A stretch of 63,972 bases of DNA, counting the filler, from Licmophora abbreviata (Eukaryota): the NCBI GenBank assembly GCA_900291995.1. It is 15 parts of 15 records of this genome, joined end to end, with 100 filler letters (N's around TTAATTAATTAA, not from the genome) between each part and the next. Parts side by side here need not be neighbours in the genome. Positions count along the whole stretch, not along the records: positions 33,327 to 49,440 come from OLMU01001021.1; positions 49,541 to 53,380 come from OLMU01001022.1; positions 53,481 to 57,202 come from OLMU01001023.1; 12 more parts are not named here. One strand, given 5' to 3'. Shown here in pieces: positions 44,069 through 55,037 of the stretch (within the stretch, counting starts at the first letter, position 1; every line of letters begins with the position of its first letter). The notes under the pieces are model-generated. The model did no database searches, was not told the DNA's origin, and saw only the letters and a list, made by a program, of their open reading frames with translations. The position numbers and the translations under genes are program-made.

Positions 44069-44569
44069 TCACGGGTTGATCGTGATCGGCGTTCCGTCTT
44101 TCACCATCGCGTAAATGATTTCCATTTCCTTGTCGGTCACAGCGATACAGCCTTCGGTCCAGTCAGGCCTGTGCCGCCGGACAGTTTGCGGCGCCCCGTG
44201 GATGAAGATATCGCCTCCGGCACTCATCCCCATGCTTGCAGCGCGAGCCACATCCATTTCATTCGGATAGGAAATCCCGATCGAAAGGTGAAAGCTGCTG
44301 TTGGGGTTACGTCTGTCGATGACGTAATCGCCCTCGGGCGTCTTGCCATCGCCCTCGACTTCCTTGTGTCCTTCGGGGGCAAATCCAAGATGGATATCAA
44401 ATGACCGAAGAACGCGACCGTGATGCAAAAGATGCATTTCACGCTCGCCCTTGTTGACGATGACACGAGTCACCTCCGGCCCATTGTAGGTCCGGAATTT
44501 CGAACCGCTGCACGCCGTCAGCGCCACCAACAACAAAGCGCCAACCAGACCTCTGATCACCCGCATCAC
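44069..44569 (-). CDS. L,D-transpeptidase family lipoprotein (YafK-like)
   Basis: LTAC lipobox, GDGKTPEG, IFIHG, WTEGCIA. Confidence 0.88.
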   Translation of the reverse strand: MMRVIRGLVGALLLVALTACSGSKFRTYNGPEVTRVIVNKGEREMHLLHHGRVLRSFDIHLGFAPEGHKEVEGDGKTPEGDYVIDRRNPNSSFHLSIGISYPNEMDVARAASMGMSAGGDIFIHGAPQTVRRHRPDWTEGCIAVTDKEMEIIYAMVKDGTPITINP

Positions 44570-44646
44570 ACATCACCTGTATAGCCTGCTCTGAAGCAGT
44601 TTTAACCGGTTCGCGCGCGTTTTAAAGATCTGTTTGGAGGCTTCGC

Positions 44647-45888
44647 TCAGCTGCGCCGAAACTCTGCGACAAGCTCCACATGCGACGACCAACGGAATTG
44701 GTCTACAACGCGGATGCTTTCAAGCCGATATCCGTGATCTGCAAGTTGTCTGGCATCCTTGGCAAAGGTCACCGGATTGCAGGACACATAGGCAATCACC
44801 GGAACGGATGACGCGCAGATCTGAGCGGTCTGCGCAGACGCGCCTGCTCGCGGCGGATCGAGCACCACAGCATCGAATGGCGCAAGCTCATCCGGCAACA
44901 AGGGCCTGCGGAACAGATCGCGCGTTTCATGCGTCACAGCCTTGAGGCCGGGTGTTCTGCGCCACCCGGCATCAAGGGCGGACATCATCGCGGCGTCTCC
45001 TTCGACCGCATGCACCGCCATATCGCGTGCCAGCGGAAGGGCAAATGTGCCGCATCCCGCGAAAAGATCCGCAACCCGGCGCGCAGCACCAACAATCCGG
45101 CGCACATCCGCGCGCAAAGCATCCTCACCCTCCTGAGTGGCCTGCAGGAACGCCCCGGGCGGCGGAGTGACGACGACATCGCCAAACCTTTGTTCGGGCG
45201 GCGTACGCGTCACGACAACCTCGTCATCGAAAGACAGGCGGGCAAGGTCATGACGCTCGGCGAGGGCCGCCAAGTCCAACCGCATGGGGCCATCGAGAGC
45301 CTTGCCATTCGAGACGGCGATATCGAGACCATTTCGCGACATCGTTGCCGCAACGGCAAGGGTCTGCTTGCGGCTCGCACCAAGTGTTGCAAGCTCCTCG
45401 GCCACGGGTAGGGCTTTCATCAAATCCGGGTGGAACAAACGGCACTCCGGGATTTCGACCATCACATCCGATCCCCGCGCATAAAGACCGGCCATGGCCC
45501 CTTTCTTGGTGCGTCGCGCCGCCAATGTGGCCCGCCGGCGTGATTGCGAGGGCGATACGGAAATGGGAAGGAATTCAGCCGTCAGATTGTTGGCGGCCAG
45601 TGCCGATCTGACAACATCCTGCTTCCAGGATGCCAGAAAGACATCCGAGGCATGCTGAAGCTGACACCCCCCACAGGACCGAAAATGTCGGCATGGTGGG
45701 GTCACCCGATCGGATGACGGCTCGATAATACGAATATCGGTCAGAACCTTATCCGCAGTCCTGGCCTCGATCACCTCACCAGGCAGCGTGCGTGGGGCAA
45801 AGAACGGCCCTTCGGCAATTCCATCACCATGATGGCCCAGACGGGTGACGGAAAACCGGCGCAGCGGTGATTGATGATCCTCGGTCAA
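44647..45888 (-). CDS. RlmD/TrmA family RNA m5U methyltransferase
   Basis: CRHFRSCGGC, FLQAT, DLFAGCG, LDPPRAG, YVSCNP. Confidence 0.9.
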   Translation of the reverse strand: MTEDHQSPLRRFSVTRLGHHGDGIAEGPFFAPRTLPGEVIEARTADKVLTDIRIIEPSSDRVTPPCRHFRSCGGCQLQHASDVFLASWKQDVVRSALAANNLTAEFLPISVSPSQSRRRATLAARRTKKGAMAGLYARGSDVMVEIPECRLFHPDLMKALPVAEELATLGASRKQTLAVAATMSRNGLDIAVSNGKALDGPMRLDLAALAERHDLARLSFDDEVVVTRTPPEQRFGDVVVTPPPGAFLQATQEGEDALRADVRRIVGAARRVADLFAGCGTFALPLARDMAVHAVEGDAAMMSALDAGWRRTPGLKAVTHETRDLFRRPLLPDELAPFDAVVLDPPRAGASAQTAQICASSVPVIAYVSCNPVTFAKDARQLADHGYRLESIRVVDQFRWSSHVELVAEFRRS

Positions 45889-47030
45889 AGAAGATCCTCC
45901 CGACAAAGCGAAAAACCCGACTCGATCCAGCGCTGCTCCAACTCGGACAGGCGCCGACCAAGAGCAGGGCCGCTATATTCCGGCATGAGATCATGCGGGG
46001 TCACGGGGAATTTCGCATGCGATGCCTGCTCCATGATCTGCCGGACTGCCGAGTCGAACGGCGACTCGAGCAAGGCGTGTCGCAGCACGACGATGTCCAG
46101 CCCCGGATCAATGCCGTAACGATATCCCAGCTCCATTGGCGGCTTGGCCAGCGCGGCCTCGGCCAAGAGAAGATCAAGCCGCTTTGACTGCGCCTTGCTC
46201 AACCGCAAACGCGAGGCCACCATGTCACCCCCAAGCGATGCAAGACGACGCATCGGATCTGGCTCCAGTCCCGCGATCTGCTCAAGATGAACCAGAGGCG
46301 CCAGCGCGCGATCATCGCTTCCGGGCAGAACCGCGGCCAGAACACCACAAGCCCGCATGGCCGCGACCGAAGGGGCGGGATCCGGTGCAGTCAGAAGCTT
46401 GACGATCTCCGAACCGATCCGTTCCCGTGAAAGGCCCGCAAGGCCATCAAGATGCCCGGACACGGCGGCAAGACCATCAGCATCAAGACCCACATCAGGA
46501 TCGCCATACCAGGCATGAAACCGGAAGAACCGCAGAATGCGAAGGTAATCCTCGCGGATACGCTGGTCCGGATCGTCGATGAAACGCACGCGTCTTGCCT
46601 TGAGATCCGACAGCCCGCCAAGAGGATCGACAAGCATGCCATCGGATCGGGCGTAAAGAGCATTCATGGTGAAATCGCGGCGCCGGGCATCCTGCATGAC
46701 ATCATCGGAATACGCGACAACGGCATGGCGTCCATAGGTTTCAACATCTTCGCGAAAGGTCGTCACCTCATGTGGAATGTGATCGGACACGACCGTAACT
46801 GTCCCATGATCCAACCCCGTCGGAACCGGCTTCAGCCCGGCTGCCTCGGCCAGGCGGATCACCGTTTCGGGATGGGCATCCGTTGCGATATCGATATCCG
46901 ACACAGGCCTGTCCAACAACCAATTGCGCACGCAACCCCCAACGAACAGCGCCTGATACCCGGCATCCTCGATCATCCGACAGACCGCCTGGGTCGCTGG
47001 TCGATCTATCCAGTCTCCGCCAATCTTCAT
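45885..47030 (-). CDS. cca: CCA tRNA nucleotidyltransferase
   Basis: VGGCVRN, DIDIAT, RRDFTMNA, EDYLRILRFFRF. Confidence 0.93.
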   Translation of the reverse strand: MKIGGDWIDRPATQAVCRMIEDAGYQALFVGGCVRNWLLDRPVSDIDIATDAHPETVIRLAEAAGLKPVPTGLDHGTVTVVSDHIPHEVTTFREDVETYGRHAVVAYSDDVMQDARRRDFTMNALYARSDGMLVDPLGGLSDLKARRVRFIDDPDQRIREDYLRILRFFRFHAWYGDPDVGLDADGLAAVSGHLDGLAGLSRERIGSEIVKLLTAPDPAPSVAAMRACGVLAAVLPGSDDRALAPLVHLEQIAGLEPDPMRRLASLGGDMVASRLRLSKAQSKRLDLLLAEAALAKPPMELGYRYGIDPGLDIVVLRHALLESPFDSAVRQIMEQASHAKFPVTPHDLMPEYSGPALGRRLSELEQRWIESGFSLCREDLL

Positions 47031-47632
47031 GCTTTTTCCGCTGCGTCAGCCATGGCTCTAAGGATACGCGCAGTGGCCCCCCAGATGTAATAGGGACCGA
47101 AGGGAACTATGTAGTATTTCCGCCATGTCCCACGCCAGCGACGCGCCTGAATGCTGTAATGCACGGGATTCATGACATGCGACAGGGGCACATCGAAAAT
47201 CTCGGCGACTTCTCCGGTTTCGGGTCGCGGATCGAATGGCGCCAGAATCCGCGCCACGACAGGGGTGACATGGAACCCGGTGACCGTTTCATGGGCAGGC
47301 AAACATCCCAAGACTTCGACATTCGAAGGATCGAGGCCGATCTCTTCATGCGCCTCGCGCAGGGCCGCTGCCGTGATATCGGGATCTGCTTCATCCTGCT
47401 TGCCCCCGGGAAAGGCAATCTGGCCGGGGTGATGTCTGAGGGCCGAGGACCTCTTGGTCAGGAAAAGCCGCGCCTCTGAACCACCGCAAAAGATCGGAAC
47501 AAGCACACCTGCGGGGCGCAGTTTGCGACCCTCCGGCAACGCGATATCGGCATTCAGATCATAGTCAGACGAAGCGATCCCCGTGTTGCCGAGGGCCGCG
47601 TAAACAGGGTCGAGCTGATCACGCATCGCCAT
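47027..47632 (-). CDS. CoA pyrophosphatase (NudL-like Nudix)
   Basis: LTKRS, HPGQIAFPGG, ALREAHEEIGL, IWGATA. Confidence 0.9.
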   Translation of the reverse strand: MAMRDQLDPVYAALGNTGIASSDYDLNADIALPEGRKLRPAGVLVPIFCGGSEARLFLTKRSSALRHHPGQIAFPGGKQDEADPDITAAALREAHEEIGLDPSNVEVLGCLPAHETVTGFHVTPVVARILAPFDPRPETGEVAEIFDVPLSHVMNPVHYSIQARRWRGTWRKYYIVPFGPYYIWGATARILRAMADAAEKA

Positions 47633-48614
47633 CAGGTGGATTTTGCGCATCGAACCCCAATGTCGTCGGGTCCAGCCGATAATGCGCACCACAAAACTGG
47701 CAATCGGCGGTCACGATGCCTTCTTCGGTTGTCATTTTCTCGATATCCTTGGCAGAATAGATCGACAGGCTGTTGCGCACCCGATCTTCAGAACATGTGC
47801 AGCCGAACCGCACCGGCTGCATGTCGAAGACGCGTGGAACTTCCTCGTGAAACAGCCGAACAAGCAAATCCGTCGGAGCAATCGAGGGACCGATCAATTC
47901 CAGATCATCGACCGTATCCAGCAACAGATTCACCCGGTTCCAGTTTTCTTCGTCATCGCCGTCCAGAATGTCAGCGGGCAGCAACAGGCCTTCTTCTCCC
48001 GAACCGCCGCCCTCTGCATGTGGTGATGCTGCGGGCATGTGCTGCAGCATGATACCGCCGGCACGCCAGTGTTCAGCCCCACCTTTTTCTGTCGACTTAC
48101 CGAAAGTCAGCGCAAAGCGCGTCGGCAATTGTTCGGACTGGGCGAAATAGGCTTCGGCACTGGCGCTGAGGCCGTTACCGGAAATCGGAGTGATGCCCTG
48201 ATAAGGTTCCGATCCTGGGCCCTGATCCATCAGAACCGCAAAATAACCGTCGCCAACCTGGGAAAACGGGTCATCCCCTGAAATGCGGTCACGATCGAAA
48301 CTGGCATAGGCCCGGATGCGCGCAGAGTCGCCCTCGGCGGCAGGCGCGTAGTAATCCGTGGCGATCATCCGGACCGGACCATTGGTTTGGATCTGCAGAG
48401 AAAGCTTCCAGCGCAGTTTTATCGTTTGGCCGATCAGCGCCGTGAGAAGTGCCATTTCCGCGACAAGGGCTTCCACGGCATTGGGATAATCGTGCTGTTT
48501 GAGGATACCATCCAATACGCCGTCCAACCGAGCGACGCGCCCGCGTATGTCCGCGTTATCCAACTGGAACGGCAGGATTGTGTCATCCCACGCGATTTTC
48601 TGTCCGAGTGTCAT
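47619..48614 (-). CDS. hslO: Hsp33 chaperone
   Basis: YFAQSEQLPT, CTCS...CQFC zinc centre. Confidence 0.94.
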   Translation of the reverse strand: MTLGQKIAWDDTILPFQLDNADIRGRVARLDGVLDGILKQHDYPNAVEALVAEMALLTALIGQTIKLRWKLSLQIQTNGPVRMIATDYYAPAAEGDSARIRAYASFDRDRISGDDPFSQVGDGYFAVLMDQGPGSEPYQGITPISGNGLSASAEAYFAQSEQLPTRFALTFGKSTEKGGAEHWRAGGIMLQHMPAASPHAEGGGSGEEGLLLPADILDGDDEENWNRVNLLLDTVDDLELIGPSIAPTDLLVRLFHEEVPRVFDMQPVRFGCTCSEDRVRNSLSIYSAKDIEKMTTEEGIVTADCQFCGAHYRLDPTTLGFDAQNPPDGDA

Positions 48615-48653
48615 GGAGTTTCCTTGTTCGCCTGAGATCGGCATACCGCGTCT

Positions 48654-48681
48654 ATATAGGCGTCGCAACACACTGGCCAAG
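48654..48681 (-). promoter_or_regulatory. putative RpoH promoter of hslO
   Basis: CTTG-N17-CCTATAT on the minus strand. Confidence 0.7.
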
Positions 48682-48747
48682 AGATTGCCCGTGATGGCCC
48701 GGCATGGACTGACACCAAATGCAGGCAGGCCATGGGTTCCCGGGCGC

Positions 48748-50180
48748 TCAAGGATGCGGCTTGAATTCCAGAAGTATGGCCGAAACATCGTCGGCAAAAT
48801 CATCCGAACCTGAAAACGTGGACAGGTTCCATGTCAGAGCCTCAAGACAGGCGGGGCCATGTATGTCGCGCAGCTCGGAGAGAATGCCGGAAAGACCCTC
48901 GTTGTCCAGCAATTGACCCTTGATGTCCGCGCATTCGACAATGCCATCCGAATGGATCAGCAGCCTTTCACCAGGGCCGAGGTCAAAAGAAACCTGCTCG
49001 AACTTCGCAGTAGGCAAAAGCCCGACAGGAAGGCCGCCATGTCCCGCCCATTCGATCGTTCCATCGCGGCGCTGAATGGCTGGATGAGGATGCCCCGCCT
49101 GCGCCAGATCAACCTTGCCACAGGCCAGATCCACATCGGCCAGGATCATGGTGAAATACAGTTCGGTATCCATTTCATCGAGAATCAGTTTGTTCAGAGC
49201 GGCAATGGTTTCTGCGGGGGGTCGCATATCGAACCGACCAGCTTCCGCCTCGTATAGGGCGAGGTTCTGCTCGGGCGCGAAAGCCGAGAGATACCCCGCA
49301 AGCCGCGCGGTCATCAGCGCCGAGCTGATGCCATGTCCGGACACGTCGATGGCATAAAGGCCAATCCGGTTTTCATCGACGGGGAACATGCCCACAAGGT
49401 CGCCCCCGACATGCCCGCTCGACCGAAGCAAAAGCGACACNNNNNNNNNNNNNNNNNNNNNNNNNNNNNNNNNNNNNNNNNNNNTTAATTAATTAANNNN
49501 NNNNNNNNNNNNNNNNNNNNNNNNNNNNNNNNNNNNNNNNCCCCGACATGCCCGCTCGACCGAAGCAAAAGCGACACCTGCGCCGCGCCGAAATCGCGGT
49601 AGCGGTCATTGACAAGCGACTGCTGAAGTTTCCGAGCTTCGACAAGATCGCTGTTGAGGGACTCGTAGAGAACCTGCAGTTCTTCGAGCGTACTGGCGAT
49701 CAACCGGTTCTTTTCCGTCAATTCCCGTTCCATCCGCAAAATGCGATCACCGGCAGCAATTCGGGCGCGCAATTCCGAGGAATTCACTGGTTTTGTCAGA
49801 AAGTCATCGGCACCCGCGTCCAGTCCGCAGGCGATATCCTCTTTCCCGCTTTTCGATGTGAGAAGGATGAAATACCCATAGTTTTCACGCGGCATGTCCC
49901 GGAACATGCGGCAGAAATCCAAACCGTTCATGCCCGGCATCACCCAGTCGCTGATCACCAGATCGGGGGGAGCGATTGCGCAGATGGCCATTGCGGCAGC
50001 CCCATCATCAGCTTCCATCACGTGAAAGCCCCACTGGCTCAGCGCGGCGCTGACGATCCGGCGCTGAGCCGGACTATCGTCAACGACCAACACCCGGCGG
50101 ATCGCCTGCGGCTGCGAACCGATGTGAAAAGCAACTTGTTCCGGACTTCCCAATGACAACACCCTTTTCCATAAGGGCAC
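48748..50180 (-). CDS. receiver domain plus PP2C/SpoIIE phosphatase (RbaY-like; 37-bp contig overlap at gap)
   Basis: VVDD, SDWVMP, TKP; VGGD, DVSGHG, AGH, SDG, DDVS. Confidence 0.9.
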
Positions 50181-50301
50181 GGTTTAGGACCAGTCACTTA
50201 AATCTTGGTGAAAGATTGGATTTGATCTTTTCGACCGCCACGTTTGAGATTTGCTTAGGGTTTTTGACCGAACATCGCCCGGTCGCAACCAGAGGCCTGA
50301 T

Positions 50302-50634
50302 ATGATCGACTGGAACCGGGTGAAAATTCTTCGGACGGAACTTGGCGCTGAAAACTTCGCGGATGTCGTCGGTCTGTTCCTCGATGAAATGGAAGCCGAA
50401 TTGCCCAAGCTGCCACATGCGGACACGCAGTCCGAATTGGTGGATCTGCTGCATTTCCTGAAAGGTGGCGCCCTGAACCTTGGCTTTGCGGAATTTTCGG
50501 AGTTGTGCCAGGACGGCGAAACCAAAGCCACGGGAAACGGGCCTCAGAACGTGAATATCGGGCAGATCGTCGCATCCTATCACCAGTCACGCGCGTGTTT
50601 TGTCGATGGGCTGGACAAGTTTGACACGGATTAG
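50302..50634 (+). CDS. Hpt domain protein
   Basis: LHFLKGGALNLGF. Confidence 0.85.
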   Translation: MIDWNRVKILRTELGAENFADVVGLFLDEMEAELPKLPHADTQSELVDLLHFLKGGALNLGFAEFSELCQDGETKATGNGPQNVNIGQIVASYHQSRACFVDGLDKFDTD

Positions 50635-51869
50635 ATCAGGAATTCGGCCAGCACTTCGTCATTGGTGATGTCACGAAAATCGAAACCGGCGGCATCGAGC
50701 TTGCGAAGAATATGGACAAAGTTTTCCGGGTTTCTGGTTTCGATGCCAATCAGGACCGAGCCGAAATTTCGGGCCGATTTCTTCAGGTATTCGAAACGGG
50801 CGATATCGTCATCCGGTCCGAGAATCGTCAGGAAGTCCTTGAGCGCTCCGGGGCGTTGCGGCATGCGAAGGATAAAATATTTTTTTACTCCGGAATAGCG
50901 CTGCGCGCGTTCCTTGACCTCGGGCAGGCGTTCGAAATCGAAATTTCCGCCTGAAGTAACGCAAACCACAGTCTTGCCGCGAATCTCGTCTGCCATGTCC
51001 TTGAGGGCATCCACCGCCAAGGCGCCGGCCGGTTCCAGCACGATGCCTTCGATATTGAGCATCTCGAGCATGGTGGTGCAGAGCCGGTCTTCGTTGATGG
51101 TGCGGATATCAGCGGGATCGACGTCGCGCAGGCGCGCGAAAGTCCGCTCGCCGATCTGGGCCACAGCGGCCCCGTCGGCAAAATTATCGACATGCTTCAG
51201 GCGCGTGGGGTGACCGTGTTGCATGGCCGCCTTCAAACAGGCGCCGCCTTCTGGCTCGACCAGGATCAGGCGGGTCCGGTCGCCGAGATAGCTGCGCACC
51301 CCGGCGGACAGCCCACCACCACCGACAGGCATGATGATGATGTCGGGCATGGTTTCAGCCTGGGCCTCGATCTCGACCCCGACAGAGGCCTGACCGCCGA
51401 TGACATCCTCGTCATCGAAGGGCGAAAGGAAATGCCCTTTGATTTCAGCGCAATAGGCTTGCGCCGCGGCAAGCGTATCGTCGAAATAATCCCCGGTCAG
51501 GCGGATCGATACGGCATCGCCGCCGAATTTCTCGGTCTTGCCGATTTTCTGCTGTGGCGTGGTCACTGGCATGAAGATCACACCCTCGACACCAAAATGA
51601 CGACACATGAAGGCGACGCCCTGCGCGTGATTTCCTGCACTGGCGCAAACGAAATGTCGCGTATCCGGAGTGTTGGCCAGCACCTTGCGCATGGCGTTGA
51701 ATGCACCGCGCAGTTTGTAGGACCGCACCGGCGACAGATCTTCACGCTTCAGAAGGATTTCGGCGTGATACCTTTCGGACAGGTGATCGTTGCGCTGCAG
51801 CGGCGTGGGTTCGAACACGTCGCGCATGGCGGCTTCGGCGTCTTGGGCAAGGGTGCGGAAATCGGTCAT
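50631..51869 (-). CDS. ilvA: threonine ammonia-lyase
   Basis: SYKLRGA, SAGNHAQG, GGGGL, EPAGA, SGGN. Confidence 0.95.
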   Translation of the reverse strand: MTDFRTLAQDAEAAMRDVFEPTPLQRNDHLSERYHAEILLKREDLSPVRSYKLRGAFNAMRKVLANTPDTRHFVCASAGNHAQGVAFMCRHFGVEGVIFMPVTTPQQKIGKTEKFGGDAVSIRLTGDYFDDTLAAAQAYCAEIKGHFLSPFDDEDVIGGQASVGVEIEAQAETMPDIIIMPVGGGGLSAGVRSYLGDRTRLILVEPEGGACLKAAMQHGHPTRLKHVDNFADGAAVAQIGERTFARLRDVDPADIRTINEDRLCTTMLEMLNIEGIVLEPAGALAVDALKDMADEIRGKTVVCVTSGGNFDFERLPEVKERAQRYSGVKKYFILRMPQRPGALKDFLTILGPDDDIARFEYLKKSARNFGSVLIGIETRNPENFVHILRKLDAAGFDFRDITNDEVLAEFLI

Positions 51870-52010
51870 GTCCCTTGATTGGCGGAATGTTTCCGGGCTG
51901 GCAAGGGTGCGGGGCAAAGCATACTCAAGAATACCAAAGCGGGCCGCATCTTGCCCCGCGCCACAAAACCGGATAATCGCCGGGCGCATGTCTGACATAA
52001 GGGGAAACTG

Positions 52011-53237
52011 ATGTCCGCGCCCAAAAAAGTCGTGCTGGCCTATTCCGGCGGCCTTGATACTTCGATCATCCTGAAATGGCTGCAGACCGAATATGGCTGC
52101 GAGGTGGTGACCTTTACCGCCGATCTGGGCCAGGGCGAAGAGCTGGACCCCGCGCGTCAGAAAGCGGAAATGCTTGGAATCAAACCGGAAAATATCTTCA
52201 TCGAAGATGTCCGGGAAGAATTTGTGCGCGATTTCGTCTTTCCGATGTTCCGCGCCAACGCGGTCTATGAGGGACAATACCTTTTGGGGACGTCGATTGC
52301 GCGGCCTTTGATCTCGAAGCGGTTGGTGGAGATCGCGGAGGAGACCGGAGCGGATGCGGTGGCGCATGGCGCAACTGGCAAGGGCAACGATCAGGTGCGG
52401 TTCGAACTTGCGGCCTATGCGTTAAACCCGGACATCAAGGTGATCGCGCCGTGGCGGGAATGGGATTTGACCAGCCGCACGAAACTGCTTGATTTTGCGG
52501 AACAAAATCAGATTCCCATCGCCAAGGACAAACGCGGCGAAGCACCGTTTTCGGTGGATGCGAACCTGTTGCACACGTCGTCCGAAGGTAAGGTGCTGGA
52601 GGATCCGGCGGTGGATGCGCCGAATTACGTGTATCAACGGACCGTTAACCCGGAGGACGCCCCGAACGAGCCGGAATTCATCGAGATCGGCTTTGAAAAG
52701 GGCGATGCGGTCAGTGTGAACGGTGAGGCGCTCAGCCCTGCTAACCTACTGACAAAGCTGAATGAATTGGGTGGTAAACACGGGATTGGCCGGCTTGATC
52801 TGGTCGAAGGGCGGTTCGTCGGCATGAAAAGCCGCGGAATTTATGAAACGCCCGGTGGCACGATCCTGCTGGAGGCGCATCGGGGAATCGAGCAAATCAC
52901 ACTGGATCGGGGGGCTGCGCATCTGAAAGATGAGCTGATGCCGCGGTATGCCGAGCTGATCTATAACGGGTTCTGGTACAGCCCCGAACGCGAGATGTTG
53001 CAGGCGTTGATCGACCAATCACAACATCATGTGACCGGAACGGTCAGATTGAAGCTGTACAAAGGGTTGGCGCGGACGGTTGGGCGGTGGTCTGATCACA
53101 GCCTGTATTCGGAGGCGCATGTGACCTTTGAGGATGATGCCGGGGCCTATGATCAGAAGGACGCGGCAGGGTTCATCCAGTTGAATGCCCTGCGGCTGAA
53201 ATTGCTGGCCGCAAGAGACCGCCGGTTGAAAGGCTGA
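52011..53237 (+). CDS. argG: argininosuccinate synthase
   Basis: [31 protein letters not shown]. Confidence 0.97.
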   Translation: MSAPKKVVLAYSGGLDTSIILKWLQTEYGCEVVTFTADLGQGEELDPARQKAEMLGIKPENIFIEDVREEFVRDFVFPMFRANAVYEGQYLLGTSIARPLISKRLVEIAEETGADAVAHGATGKGNDQVRFELAAYALNPDIKVIAPWREWDLTSRTKLLDFAEQNQIPIAKDKRGEAPFSVDANLLHTSSEGKVLEDPAVDAPNYVYQRTVNPEDAPNEPEFIEIGFEKGDAVSVNGEALSPANLLTKLNELGGKHGIGRLDLVEGRFVGMKSRGIYETPGGTILLEAHRGIEQITLDRGAAHLKDELMPRYAELIYNGFWYSPEREMLQALIDQSQHHVTGTVRLKLYKGLARTVGRWSDHSLYSEAHVTFEDDAGAYDQKDAAGFIQLNALRLKLLAARDRRLKG

Positions 53238-53249
53238 GTTTCGTACGAT

Positions 53250-53602
53250 GGGACTGTTGCATTAATCGCAGGTTTCACCCAGTTTTCGAGCTTTGAAGTC
53301 GAGTATGCCGGTTATATCCCCGTTCAAGCACCATCGTTTTCCACGTGACGTCATCCTTTGCGCGGTACGGTGGTATCTGCNNNNNNNNNNNNNNNNNNNN
53401 NNNNNNNNNNNNNNNNNNNNNNNNTTAATTAATTAANNNNNNNNNNNNNNNNNNNNNNNNNNNNNNNNNNNNNNNNNNNNAAGCGATCAGAACAATCAAA
53501 CGCGGCGAGATCCAGTACATCAGCCACCTCTTCGAGCTCGCATGAACCAAGGCGCCCCCCATCGACAATCATGCACCCTGGGAAAATTAACGCAACAGTC
53601 CC
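53250..53602 (+). mobile_element. IS6 family insertion sequence; centre collapsed in gap; transposase ends at 53305-53380 and 53481-53545
   Basis: 17-bp IRs GGGACTGTTGCATTAAT / ATTAACGCAACAGTCCC resembling IS26 ends; MPVISPFKHHRFPRDVILCAVRWYL and AIRTIKRGEIQYISHLFELA*. Confidence 0.9.
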
Positions 53603-53936
53603 TTTTGGACAGGGTGAACATCAAAGACGGCCCACCCAATGTGCGCGACCGACAGCGCCCGAACCCAAACGTTTGTTCTGGAAACCTGAACGACACTTGG
53701 ATGGTTGTCCGATGGCCTGCAGAAAATGCCTGTACGTATCCCATTTGGGACATGGACGGGTGCATCAGCTTTGTCTACCGTCGAACGGTCGCTTCAAAGG
53801 GCGCGGGAGGCGTTCCACAGGGGCCGCTCCAAGGCAGGATGGGTTAAATGGTCAAGGTTTAGACATAACGCGTGTTTAGCGCGCGAAATTCATGTCCTAA
53901 CCGTATGAGAAGAGGTAACAGTTGCGTATTTTTTTG

Positions 53937-55037
53937 ATGAATCCAATTCTTGTTGCGGCGGCCTTTTCTTTGACCCTGCAAACGACCCTTTCGGCGGAAA
54001 CGATCGTCGGAATCGCCGGACCGCTAACTGGAAACGTTGCGCTGAACGGCGAACAGCAAGATCTCGGCGCACAGAGGGCGATCCTGGACCTGAACGAGGC
54101 GGGCGGCCTTCTTGGCGAAACGGTCGATTTCGTCTCCGTTGACGATGCCTGCGATACCGAACAGGCCATCGCTGCGGCCAACCGTTTGATCGCTGCAAAT
54201 GTGAGTATGGTCATCGGCCACCTGTGTTCGCGGACCTCGATTGCGGCAAGCAAGCTGTACGATGCGGCGGGTATCATCATGATCTCGCCGGCCTCCACGA
54301 ATCCCGCTGTTACGGAAGCCGGACTGGAGGGTGTGTTCCGCACCATCGGCAGGGACGATGCGCAAGCTGCTGTTGCCGCGACTTTCATTCTGGAGAACTT
54401 CGCCGACCACGCCATTGCGCTGCTGCACGACGGAAACACCTATGGCAAGGGCTTGGTCGAAGGGGTCAAGGCCGAACTGAATGCCGCAGGGAAAAAAGAA
54501 GCCCTGTTCGCCACGTTCGAAGCGGATCAGGAAAGCTATTCCGCCGTGATCGCAGAGGTGGTCGCTGCCGGGGCTGGCGTGATCTATGCGGTCAGCAACG
54601 GGGTGAACGATGCCGCCCTACTTACCCGCCAGCTCAAGGAAGTGATGCCCGACGTGGTCATGATTTCTGCCGACTCAATGGCAGGGGACGGGTTTTCTCT
54701 GATCGCGGGTGAGGCGGCCCCCGGCACTTTCTTCACCTTCGGGCCTGACGCGCGCCTCGCGTCGCGCGCGGCCGAGGTCGTCAACAGCTTCCGGGACGAA
54801 GAGTTTTATGAACCCGAAGGGTATACGCTCTACAGCTATGCGGCCGTCCAGGCCTGGGCTCAAGCCGTGGAGGCCGCAGGCACAACAGCGACACCCGACG
54901 TGATCCTGGCCCTGCGGTCGGGAACATTTGACACGGTCATCGGTGACATTGGTTTCGACGAAAAGGGTGATGTGACCGGCATCGATAACTTCGTGATGTA
55001 CGTGTGGGGCCAGTCACGGTATGCGCAGGTCGAGTAA
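53937..55037 (+). CDS. LivK/LivJ-like type I periplasmic binding protein (orphan)
   Basis: Signal peptide, GIAGPLTG, DDAC, IGHLCS, SPASTNP, FRTIGRDDAQ, FDTVIGDIGFDEKGD. Confidence 0.9.
   Translation: MNPILVAAAFSLTLQTTLSAETIVGIAGPLTGNVALNGEQQDLGAQRAILDLNEAGGLLGETVDFVSVDDACDTEQAIAAANRLIAANVSMVIGHLCSRTSIAASKLYDAAGIIMISPASTNPAVTEAGLEGVFRTIGRDDAQAAVAATFILENFADHAIALLHDGNTYGKGLVEGVKAELNAAGKKEALFATFEADQESYSAVIAEVVAAGAGVIYAVSNGVNDAALLTRQLKEVMPDVVMISADSMAGDGFSLIAGEAAPGTFFTFGPDARLASRAAEVVNSFRDEEFYEPEGYTLYSYAAVQAWAQAVEAAGTTATPDVILALRSGTFDTVIGDIGFDEKGDVTGIDNFVMYVWGQSRYAQVE

Noticed and set aside
53603..53930. Short ORFs between IS6 and the binding-protein gene
   Set aside because: No recognisable motifs or RBS; probably promoter or degraded DNA.
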